DNA of 64,000 nt, taken from assembly GCA_030390025.1 (NCBI GenBank), contig CM059425.1, positions 172,486,001 to 172,550,000 of the forward strand, read 5' to 3'. Shown piece after piece: positions 51,441-62,915 of the stretch. The number at the start of each line of letters is the position of its first letter. Positions within the stretch are counted from its first letter, which is position 1. Below the pieces are notes generated by a model. That model was not told the DNA's origin. It did no database searches and saw nothing but the letters and a program-made list of their open reading frames with translations. Origin of the DNA: Squalus acanthias (Eukaryota). The translations under genes were made by a program, and so were the position numbers.

Positions 51441-51714
51441 AATCTACAATTAGTTACAAAACAATGTTTGCATCTATTATTGCTTACTTTATGGACATTA
51501 TCTCCCTGGCATGTACCTACCCCCACAGAGTAACCTACAATACCCAAATTTCAGTGACTCACTGTACTACAACTGACCCAGTGCCAGCAGAGAAACATTG
51601 TTGAGACAATGTCCTGAACTAAGCTGACTGAACTAAAATCCACCATCGAGAATTTGCAATCAACATGACAGCTGCTATGCTGCACTGAACCCAGGAACTG
51701 AGTAATGTATGGGA

Positions 51715-52075
51715 AAGAAAGAATGAAAGCAAACTTGCATTTTTACAGCACCTTTCACAACCTGTCCCAGTGCACTTCATAGCCAAGAAAATACGTTTGA
51801 AGTGTAGTTACTGTTATGTCAGGAAATGCTGCAGCCAATTTGCGTACAGCAACAGCAATGAGATAGATAACCAGATAATCTGTTTTAGTGATGTTAGTTA
51901 GTGCCTTGGGATTTTTTACATCCAACAGAGGGGGCAGATAGGGGAGGTTTAATTGCCTCCTGAACGACAGCACCTTCAACAGTGCAGCACTCCTTCAGTA
52001 TTGCATTGGCATGTCAGCCTAGATGACATGGCTTGAACCCATGACCTTCTGAGATGGCTACCACTGAGCCAAGGC
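51715..52075 (-). mobile_element. tRNA-derived SINE
   Basis: Head ccttggctcagtggtag on the minus strand; tail aaatgcaagtttgctttc. Confidence 0.7.
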
Positions 52076-52221
52076 AGAGCAAGAATCACTTCAAGAGGCT
52101 CTGACTGCTATTATGTCTGACATGGAACCTACTATTCAAGAAGTGCCATGATCAGAGCTTGCATTTCTTGGAGAACATAGTCATCCAAGAATGATGGTCC
52201 ATCCAATCTTGTAGAGACAAT

Positions 52222-52344
52222 GCAGAGTAAAAATGCAACCTTGTAGAGTTCTGACGAAAGGTCTTCGACCTGAAACGTTAACTCGGTTTCTCGCTCCACG
52301 GATGCTGCCTGGCCTGCTGAGTTTTTCCAGTGTTTTCTGTTATT
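52222..52344 (+). mobile_element. Family B hammerhead-bearing short insertion
   Basis: 15-bp direct repeat TCTTGTAGAGACAAT at 52207-52221 and 52345-52359. Homologous to the reverse complement of 6420-6516. Confidence 0.78.
52246..52284 (+). ncRNA. Minimal type I hammerhead ribozyme motif (family B)
   Basis: GAGTT-CTGACGA-A-AGGTC(TTC)GACCT-GAA-ACGT-T-AACTC. Confidence 0.75.
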
Positions 52345-53089
52345 TCTTGTAGAGACAATTATCAGTCCTCAGATAGACTACTGGCAGTCATGAGCAAAAG
52401 CTGTCCATTAGAGACCCACGTGGGCATTAGCTGATCATTGAAGGACTGGCAAGTGGCATACCCTTGACACATTTAAAACAAATTGAGAACCATTATCTTC
52501 GCCCCAGCTCTTCACGTACTTCTGTTTGCCAAGTTCAGGTATTGGGAATGGTTGCTTGGATTAACATTAGAAAAAATACAGGCATTATTACGGCAGGTCA
52601 GTTATTGTATATAGCAACTGTTACAAGTATGCAGTGGTTCCCAGGTGTCTCTGGTCAGTATTATGGGTCTGTAAGGGAGTGTTGTATTTGTGCATGACAT
52701 TTCTGACCACAAAATGAGTGTGTTAATATGATCCCAACTATTTGTGCATATACGAACTTACCTTCTGCAAATAGGCAGTTGGGAGTCCCTCAGCATAATG
52801 CATACCCCATTCAGTTCATAGCTCAGCCCCTTCTTAATAGTAATGTTATGCAATATGAAGCAGTTCACAAATCATTCCACACTTTGGCAAGGTAATATCG
52901 CAGATTCTTCAGTTTGCATCACATATCACATGGACATCGATTAAATGGCTCTTTGTAGATGATGCAGACCATCAAATTGGCTGTAAGCATCCTTATTTCC
53001 AGTAATAGCCAACACCTTAGGGAAGACAGCAATGATAGAATTGTTGCCACCTCCAACCTGTGAAAATGGAACAATGAATCTGCAGCAGC

Positions 53090-53778
53090 AACAATAATTT
53101 GCATTTATATAGTGCCTTTAATGTCAAAAGCATCGAGGAGCTTACCAGACAGGCATATGGAAAATTGAGGTCAACCCATGTGAGGTTGGGGGTGACCAAA
53201 AGCTTGATTAAAGAGCTGGATTTTGAGGTGTTTTAAAAAAAAAAAAGGGGGGGGGGGGCGGGGGGAGGAGAAAAGGTGTAGGGATTTAGGGAGGAAATCA
53301 GAAGAGTGGAAGCCAGTGGTTGGAATCAAAGGAACAAAATGTTGTGGTTATAGGGCATAATGAGATTGCAGAAATTTAGAAAGAAAGAAATTTAGAAACA
53401 ACAATTTATATAGCGCCTTTAACGTAGTAAAATGTCCCAAGGCGCTGCACAGGAGTATTTTAAGATAAAAAATTGACAGCAATCCACATAGGATAAATTA
53501 GGTCAGGTGACCAAAAGCTTGGTCAAAGAGGTAGGTTTTAAGGAGCGTCATAAAGGAGAAAAGAGAGGTAGCAAGGCGGACAGGTTTAGGCAGGGAATTC
53601 CAGAGCTTAGGGCCTAGGCAACAGAAGGCACGGCCACCAAAGGTTGAGCGATTATAATCAGGGATCCTCAAGAGGGCAGAATTAGAGGAGCGCAAATATC
53701 TCAGGGGGCTGAAGGAGATTACAGAGATAGGAAGGGGCGAGGCCATGGAGAGATTTGAAAACAAGGATGACAACTTTG
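53090..53778 (-). mobile_element. Two L2 3' fragments (older 53090-53370; younger 53398-53778)
   Basis: GRAFCCLGPKLWNSLP...LKTYLFDQAF; similar to 8010-8310. Confidence 0.85.
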
Positions 53779-53819
53779 AAAGAAAGAAAGAAATTAAGAA
53801 AGAAAGAAAGAAATTTAGA

Positions 53820-55355
53820 TATAAAGACATTGATAGAAATAGGGGAGATAATTGATAAACTAACCAAACTTAGAGGATAAAACCCCCGGATGGATTGCAT
53901 CTATATTAAAAGAAGTTAGGGAAAAGATAGCAGAGGCACTATTACATACACATAAAAAATTAGAAAAAAGGGAATAGTGCCAGAGGACTGGCAGACAGCT
54001 AATGGGATTCATGTATTTAAAAGAGAGAGATAGAACAAGTTTGGAGAACTATAGGCCAAATAGCTCTTCCTTACTCAAAGATGTAATATAAAAACATCTA
54101 GAAACTGAAAATATAATAAAGTGTAGTCAGCACAGATTTCAAAAGGGAAGGTCCTGCTTGACCAACCTTGAATTTGTTGAAGTAACAGAAAGGGTAGATA
54201 AGGGTACTGCAGTAGATGTAATATATTTGGATTTTCAACAGGCTTTCGATAAGGTACCTCGTGGTAGATTCATGACTAAGGTCAGAATCAGGGACAAGTA
54301 TCAGAATGGATAGCAAGCTGGCTACTAATCAGAAAACAGAGTAGGGATTAAATGTAGTTACTCAGACTGGCAAAAGGTAGGAAGTGGTGTTCTACAAGGA
54401 TCGGTGCTGGGACCACTTGTTTACAATTTACATAAATGATTTGGACTTGGGAATCGGAAGTACAATTTCAAAATTTGCAGACGACACCAAATTGGGGGGT
54501 GTAGTTAATACAGAGGAGGACTGCGACAAAATACAGGAAGATATTAATAAACTTGCAGAATGGGCTTGTAATTGGCAAATGAACTTCAATATAGATAAGT
54601 CTGAGGTGGTACATTTTGATGGGAAGAAGGATGCCACATACTCCTTGGAAAATAAGTGTCTAAATGGAGTAGAAGAGCAGAGGGATCTGGGTGTACAGAT
54701 ACACAAATCACAAAGTAGTAACACAGGTTAAAGCAGCCATAAAGAAGCACTGGGGTTCATTTCAGAGGGATAGAATTGAAAAGCAAAAGTTCTTAAACTT
54801 ATATAGAACCTTGTCTAGATCATACTTGGGAATACTGTTTACAATTCTAGTCTGCATTTTATAAAAAAGGATATAGAGGCACTGGAGAAGATGTAAATTT
54901 TTTTTACCAGAACTGAGAGGTGTACCTATCAGGAAGATTGACCAAGCTGAGGCTCTTTTCTGTAGAAAAGCGAAGAATGAGGGCTGAGGTCTTTAAGATC
55001 ACGAAAGGGTTTGATAGAGTATATATAGAGAAGATGATTCCACTTGTGGGTGAGACCAGAACGAGGGGCATAAATACAAGATAGTCACTAATCAATGCAA
55101 TAGGGAATTCAAGAGAAACTTCTTTACCCAGAGACTGGTCAGAATGTGGAACTCACTACCACAAGGAGTAGTTGAGGCGACTAGCATAGATGCATTTAAG
55201 GGGAAACTAGATAAACACATGAGGGGAGAAAGGAATAGAAGAATATGTTAATTGGGTTAGATGATGAAGGGCAAGAGGAGGCTCGTATGGAGCATAAACA
55301 CCAGCGTGGACCTGTTGGGCCAAATGGCCTGTTTCTATGCTGTAAACACTCTGTA
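53820..55355 (+). mobile_element. CR1 LINE, decayed
   Basis: YINDLDLGIGSTISKFADDTKLGG; 3' end similar to 38450-39350. Confidence 0.88.
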
Positions 55356-55419
55356 AACTGAAGTCAATAATTCTAGCCATTTGTCGCCTAGCACCAGAAA
55401 AATGACCGTAAAAACTGAC

Positions 55420-55585
55420 AGTTGGTAATAACCCAACTGGTTCACTCATTTCCTTTGGGGAAGGAAGCCTCCCACCCTATCAGGTCTGGTCTGCACATGA
55501 CTCCAGTCACACATTGTGGTTGACTCGAGGCCCAGAGGGTAGAAAGGCCAATAAATGCTTTATTGCCAGGGTTTCCTAAAAATAA
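55420..55585 (+). mobile_element. SINE fragment
   Basis: Similar to 2370-2546. Confidence 0.5.
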
Positions 55586-57094
55586 ATTTAAACAACTTTG
55601 TCACTCCTGCTTGTGTCTTTCATATTCCTTGTTGGATTAACAGGTTAAAAAAAGGAAACAACTTCATGTCCAAGAAAAAAAAAGAGACCACTGAGACTGA
55701 GGAGGCCTCCATCCTTCAGCAGAAATAGGGATGGTTGTCTGAGGGGGGGGGAGGAGGAAAACAGGTCCAGCTCTGGGTACCCCTTAAATCACCTCTTCTG
55801 GTGGATCTTTCAACCATGAGGATGCATCATAAGAGGACCTGCCACTGCAGGTGGTGGACTACTACAGGTTATTTCTGTCTATATGCTCACTAGTGTACGC
55901 TGCAAAAAGGTCAGGATAACTTCTGGAGCTAAGCAAACCACTCAGTTGCAGGTGGTTTACCTGCCAAGAGCACAAGTTCCCAAAGGTGCGTCGCCCATGA
56001 TGTCAGAATCCATCAGTTACTACATTTAACTGCACGGGAAGCAGTCATAGTGAACTCCCTTACATCAGTGGATGCAGACATTGTAATTGGTGCACTGCTA
56101 TAATGTTCACTTGTGTCAGGTTCCCAGAAGAGATTCTTTTCGGCCAGGAGCTAGTTTTAGGTCTTAGCTAATTACTCACTTGTAGTTACAGTAATAAAAC
56201 AACTTTAATCCACTCCATACTATGCTCAAATAAAATGAGCTGGTAGAGTGTTTTAGTGGTGCACAAATGCTGCGTATATACATTGAGCAATACTCTAAAG
56301 GACTGGGATAAAACATTGCTATATTTATTGTTTTCCTACTGGGAGGTACCCCAAGAATCTACAGGGTACTCAACATTAGAATTACTATACAGATGCTGAG
56401 TGCACGATCCATTAACACTAATCAGACAAAATGGTCTGGGAAGATCACCAAAGAGGACAGAAAAGTAGTAAAGTATATACTCAAATTAAAGGATGATGCA
56501 ACTAGGTCAACTGCCTAAACACACAAGAAGCTACATTGTGCGTAGGGCTGCGAAAAAGGCTGGCATGAGTAGTGCTGGGGATTGGCAGTGTGCTGGTTCA
56601 GCTGCTAGTGAAACATTAACAAATTACAGGCCCACTGGACAGGTCAGTACACAATGATGCAAAAGTGCAATGAGGTAGATATGTAGTCGAGATGCACAAA
56701 ATTGACCACACAAGTGCTGGGTCTACCACATGAAAAAACTAAAACTTTACCCTGCTGTGAGGGAAATGACCCATGTTTCCTGGCTCACCTGCAGAAGGGC
56801 AGGAAAGGCAAAGCTTCTCATCACATAAAAGGCAGAACAGGTTCATCAGTGGATGAGATCACTATTTGCTTGATTATATCCCACACAAACAGCAAGCTGG
56901 AAAGATGCTAGTGGATTTTCTGCACAGGGAATCTTTTTTGATTATGCCTGGAGCTAGCAATTTGTTGATCTTAGCATACATCACTGCTGTCAAGTTCAGA
57001 TCTCAAATGATCAAAGAAAGAACTTGCATCGATATAGCACCTCTCAAAGTCAACTAATTAGTACCTCCGATGTGAAGGGAGGGGGTTTGAAGTA

Positions 57095-57475
57095 ATGAAC
57101 TTACATTTATATAGCACCCATCACAACTTCATGACATCTCAAAGAGCTTTACAGCCAATGAAGTACTCTTTTTGAATTGTAGTCACTGTTGTAATGTAGG
57201 AAAACAATTCAACAAGGACATAAATAAGCAGTTAATCTGTTTTTTGTGGCGTAAGAAAGACACATGGAGAACTTGCTCTTTTTTTGAATAGTGCCATGGC
57301 ATCCTTTACATCAATCTGGAGAGAGACTGGACTTCACCCGAAAGATGGCAGTTTTGATAATGCAGTAGACATAACTGAAGTGTTAGTTTAGATTATGTGC
57401 TCAAGTTCTGGAATGGAGTTTGTACCGACAACCTTCTGACTCAAATGAGAACGCACTACCACTGAGCCAAGCCAA
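57095..57475 (-). mobile_element. tRNA-derived SINE
   Basis: Head cttggctcagtggtag on the minus strand; L2-like tail. Confidence 0.7.
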
Positions 57476-57568
57476 CAATCAGATTATCTAGGTGAAACCT
57501 CAATGGCGTGATCCTGAAATAAAGGGCTAACCCTATCTGACATTCTCTAAAACACATGCACACATAAT

Positions 57569-58318
57569 GGCCCGTATTTTCCGATCGCAGGCTTCCCGCG
57601 GGCGGAGGCCTGCGATCTGGAAAAATCTGCCCTTTACCTGAGGGCTCCCGGGACGCACACGCTTCCGCTCCTGGGCCTCACCAAACTCCAGGTGCGTAGG
57701 GCCCACGCATCCCAGGGGCGCATGTAGTTCGCAGCGTCCCTGGGATCATGTGGGCCATGGGGAGCCAATCACAGAAGGGAATCTCCCTTCACACATTTGA
57801 CAGGAAGACCTGTCAAATATATGAATGGAGATCAATGAAAAAACATAGTAAAACTTTAAATACATTTTTTAAAAAATCACATTTTTAAAATGACTTGAAT
57901 TTACAATAAATTAAGTATTTTAAACAAAAATTTAATTTTTTGAAAAAAATTAAAGTATTTTGTGGGCTAAAAATAAACACCTTTTTTTAAAAAGTATTTT
58001 TAAATGATAAATCAATGAAAATTATTTTAATTTTTTTTTAACTTTTTTTCCAACTCTTATCCTGGTAAAAGCAGGCCTTACGCCTGCTTTTACCAGGCAT
58101 AAGAATTGTAAGTGTTTTCTGCGGGCGGAGGGTCTCCAAAAAGCGGAACTATCTGCCCGCAGAGGCCCTGCTCCCGGGCAGGTGGAGGATCTGTCAAGAG
58201 GATTCTTGACAGATTGGAAATGCCGGTTTTCAGCGCATGCCTGAAACCGGCATTTCCGATGTCCCTACAGGTGGGTACACAGCGCGTACCCACCCGTAGG
58301 GATTGGAATATCCGGGCC
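57569..58318. mobile_element. MITE-like Harbinger-type element
   Basis: AAT duplication; 18-bp TIRs (15/18); internal hairpins. Related to 45057-45796 in opposite orientation. Confidence 0.82.
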
Positions 58319-58811
58319 AATATTTATCTCATTTTGCTGCAACTTTAGGATAGCAGTCACAGAGTATCCAGCGAGTCATTGCTAAAAGGCTAACAGAGGC
58401 CCACAGCCACAGCAGGAGATTCTCGGCTTGAATCTTGCTTTGGAAGGGTAGGCCGTTGGCAGTGTATATGACTAGGAATCCCAAGACAGTGCCGTTAAAA
58501 GGCTATTGGTGTACCAGACCTAACACATTGCAATTTAAGGAATGGCTAGCCATTGGAGTTTTTTCAAGTTCTGCTGCTTTCTTAAAAGCTTTCATGAATT
58601 CCCCCAATAATCTAGTTAAAAATACCCTTTGCACCAAAGGTAGCTGCAATAGTCAATGTTCTAAATCCTGCAAGAGCAATGTCAAATAAAGCAACACCCT
58701 TCTGAGAAATAACATCCTGAAAGCCATAGAAGTCACCCAAGTCCCATGAGTGAACTGCATCCGGTCTTTGAAGGACAGCAAGCACCTGTGAAAAGGACCA
58801 TGATTTGCTTT

Positions 58812-59152
58812 ACATAGAAACATAGAAGATAGGAGCAGAAGTAGGCCATTCGGCCCCTCGAGCCTGCTCCGCCATTCGATGAGATCATGGCTGATCATCC
58901 AAACTCAGTACCCTGTACCTGCCTTCTCCCCATATCCCTTGATACCTTTAGCTTTAAGAAATATATCTAACTCATTCTTGAATATATTTAATGACTTGGC
59001 CTCAACTACCTTCTGTGGTAGAGAATGCCACAGGTTCACCACTCTCTGGGTGAAGAAATTCTTCCTCATTTCTGTCCTAAATGGCTTACCCCTTATCCTT
59101 AGATTATGACCCCTGGTTCTGGACTCTCCGACCATCGGGAACATTCTTCCTG
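58812..59152 (-). mobile_element. CR1 3' end
   Basis: catagaaacatagaa tail; RKNFFTQRVVNLW. Confidence 0.88.
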
Positions 59153-59199
59153 CAGACTTTAGAGACTTCTTGTTATTGTGTAGCCCTCTAGTGAACAAG

Positions 59200-60240
59200 C
59201 CTTGCCCAGTTGGGTTGGTAGCAGACCATTTGAACCTACTTACATCTATGAATCTTGCCTGCAAGAGTCCAAGTGCATCTATATGTTTGGATTCTCGGTC
59301 TGGAGGGGAAATGATAGAGGACTGTAGAAAAGACTTTAAACTAGTAAAGGGGAAAATAGGATTTGGGTGAGAATATTAACCTAAAGATAAAAAAAGAGAT
59401 GAAAAGAATGGTCAGAGTACAAAAGTATGGATAAAATAAAAAATTCTCAGAACAGAAAACATAGGAAGTAATAATGTTATGCCTGTTAAAAATAAAATAG
59501 GAGTAATGAAAAATGACAGCATATTAAATTGCCTGTATAGTAATATACAATAATTGGAGTCAGTAATTAGAAGCAAGGAAATGGATAGAATAGGGCTAAC
59601 GGAAACACAGCTGCAGACAGGACAGGATTGACAGTTAATTATTGCAGGCTATAATGGATTTAGAAAAGATAGGAAGAAGGGTGGTGGAGTAGCAGTCTTA
59701 AATCAGAAATAACAATGGCAGTAGCAAGAAAGGACATAACTAACGAAGAGATAGAAATAAAACCCATATGGAATGAAAGGAAATGGTGGGGGGGGGGGGG
59801 GGGAGAGAAATATGTTGGCAAATAGGAAATGTGTTAAAAAAAAATCATAATCATAGGGGATTTCAACTACCTACAAAAAGGAGAGAAGGGGATGTGGTTT
59901 TAACAGTGTGTCCAAGACTCCTTGCTGCCTCAATAAGCAGAAGCCCAACAAGGGAGGAAGCACTACCTAGTAATGGGAAATTAACCAAAGCAGACAAGAG
60001 AAGTAAGCATGGTAGAACATCTAGTAAGTAGTGATCACAACATAAGGTTTATGATGATAATTGAAAGATATAGATAGTACAAAGACCAAAGTAATCGTTT
60101 GGAAAAAAGCCAACTATGAGGGAATGAAGATGGAGCTAAGGGAAATAAACTGAAGAAAAATATGAACAGAGGTAGGACTACAGTTTGGAATAATTAAAAA
60201 AGGAAAGATTGATCAGAGTTCAGGAGAAATATATTCAACT
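59200..60240 (+). mobile_element. Old CR1 endonuclease-region remnant (probably continues at about 62530-62915)
   Basis: IGLTET, AGYNGFRKDR...GGGVA, GDFN and SDHN motifs with many lesions. Confidence 0.65.
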
Positions 60241-60242
60241 AA

Positions 60243-62528
60243 TTCTAGGGAATGTAGCCAGGGCAAGTGGTAGATGTGTCAATAGGAGAGCATTTTGGTG
60301 ACAGTGACCATAATTCGGTGAGATTTAAGGTAGTCATGGAAAAGGACAAAGATGGACCAGAAATAAAGGTTCTAAATTGGGGGAAGGCTGATTTTAATAT
60401 GATAAGGCAGGATCTGGCCAAAGTGGACTGGGATCAGCTACTTGTAGGAAAATCCACATCAGAGCAGTGGGAGTCTTTCAGAAAGGAAATAGCGAGAGTA
60501 CAACAGCAACATGTTCCCGTAAAGGTCAAGGGTGGGACCAACAACCCCAGGGAACCCTGGATGTCAAGGGATATACAAGAATGGATTAGGAAAAAAAGGG
60601 AGGCTTTTGGCAGATACAAAGGACTAAAAACAGTGGAAGCCCTAGAGGAGTATAGAAAGTGCAGGGGGGTACTTAAATAAATTAGGAGAGCGAAGAGGGG
60701 GCATGAAAAAACACTGGCGGGCAAAATAAAGGAAAATCCCAAGGTGTTTTATAAGTATATTAAGGGCAAGAGGATAACCAGGGAAAGAGTAGGGCCCATT
60801 AGGGACCAAAGTGGCAACCTGTGTGTAGAGCCGGAAGATGTGGGTGAGGTTTTAAATGAATATTTTGCATCTGTGTTCACTATGGAGAAGGACAATGTAG
60901 GCATAGAAATCAAGCAGGGGGATTGTGATATACTTGAACAAATTAGTATTGAGAGGGAGGAGGTACTAGCGGTTTTAGCGGGCTTAAAAGTGGATAAATC
61001 CCCAGGCTGCTGTGTGAGGCAAGGGAGGAGATTGCAGGGGCTCTGACAAATTTTCAGAACCTCTCTGGCCACAGGGGAGGTGCCAGAGGACTGGAGGACA
61101 GCTAACGTAGTAGCCATTATTCAAGAAGGGTAGTAGGGATAAACCAGGGAATTACAGGCCAGTGAGCCTAACATCAGTGGTAGGGAAATTATTGGAAAAA
61201 ATTTTGAGGGACAGAATTAGTCTCCACTTGGAGAGGCAAGGATTAATCAAGGATAGTCAGCATGGCTTTGTCAGGGGGGAGATCATGTCTAACCAATTTG
61301 ATTGAATTTTGCGAGGGGGTGACGAGGTGTGTGGATGAGGGTAGTGCAGTTGATGTAGTCTACATGGACTTCAGTAAGGCTTTTGACAAAGTCCCGCATG
61401 GGAGGCTGGTCAAGAAGGTAAGAGCCCATGGGATCCAGGGCAATTCGGCACATTGGATCCAAAATTGGCTTCGTGGCAGGAGGCAGAGGGTGATGGTTGA
61501 AGGTTGTTTTTGTGACTGGAAGCCTGTGTCCAGTGGTGTACCGCAAGGATCGGTGCTGGGTCCTTTGCTGTTTGTAGTGTACATTAATGATTTAGATATG
61601 AATGTAGGAAGTATGATCAGTAAGTTCACAGATGACACGAAAATTGGTGGAGTGGTAAATAGCGAGGAGGGAAGCCTCAGGCTACAGGACGATAGACAGG
61701 TTGGTCAGATGGGTAGAACAGTGGCAAATGGAATTTAACCCTGAAAAGTGTGAGGTGATGCATTTTGGGAGGACTAACAAGGCAAGGGAATACACAATTA
61801 ATGGTAGGACCCTAGGAAGGACAGAGGATCAGAGGGACCTTGGTGTGCATGTACATAGATCCCTGAAGGCAGCAGGGCAGGTAGATAAGGTGGTTAAAAA
61901 GGCATATGGGATACTTATATTCTATGCCTCGGCTAATGAAGGCAAGAGCAGGGAGGTTATGATGGAGCTGTACAAAACGCTAGTTAGGCCACAGCTGGAA
62001 TACTGTGTGCAGTTCTGGTCGCCACACTATAGGAGGGACGTGATTGCATTGGAGAGGGTGCAGAGGAGATTCACCAGGATGTTACCTGGGCTGGAGCGCT
62101 TCAGCTATGAAGAGAGACTGGACAGGCTGGGGTTGTTTTCCTTAGAGCAGAGAAGGCTGAGGGGGGACCTGATTGAGGTGTACAAAATTATGAGGGGCAT
62201 AGATAGGGTAGATAGAAAGGAACTTTTCCCCTTAGTAGAGGGGTCAATAACCAGGGGGCATAGTTTCAAGGTAAGGGGCAGGAGGTTTAGAGGAAAAACT
62301 TTTTCACCCAGAGGGTGGTTGGAATCTAGAACTCACTGCCTGAAAGCGTGGTAGAGGCAGGAACCCTCAACATTCAAGAAGCATTTAGATGAGCACTTGA
62401 AACGCCATAGTATACAAGGCTACGGACCAAGTGCTGGAAAATGGGATTAGAATAGATAGGGCTTGATGGCCAGCGCGGACACGATGGGCCGAAGGGCCTC
62501 TTTCTGTGCTGTATAACTCTACGACTCA
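60243..62528 (+). mobile_element. CR1 LINE, 5'-truncated, frameshifted
   Basis: GDSDHN through the RT motifs to tail tataactctacgactc. Confidence 0.92.
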
Positions 62529-62915
62529 CTAAAAAATAAAGAACAAACTAGCCAAGATTGAGATGCCACGGATAAAGAGCCGAGGATAAAATTGTATCTA
62601 ACAAAAAAGGCATACGCAAAAGTACGTAAACAATAAAGAAAATGACAAAAGGGAATACGATGAGCTTAGAAAGGTGGAAAACAGACAATTAGGAACTTAG
62701 AGGAAATATGAAATTTAAATATCAAATATATTCTATAGGCACGAGTCCAAATTGACTGCACTTGCGCAATGCACGAAGAAAGAAGGGAAGAGATAGCAGT
62801 GGGCACTAGTATCCATATATAAAAATTCAATAGGTTCAAGAAAGAACAGGAATAGTGCCAGAAGACTGGATGACAGGAAATCTAATTCCTAGCTTCAAAA
62901 AGGAAGAGATACAAC

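Noticed and set aside
52755..52840. Strong minus-strand donor AAG|GTAAGT as a possible exon
   Set aside because: No recognisable Praja coding similarity or convincing acceptor; such donors occur by chance.
53048..53062. Candidate missing PJA2 exon end (TGGAG|GT on minus strand)
   Set aside because: Upstream translation (FHFHRLE or IFTGWR) has no acidic Praja-like sequence.
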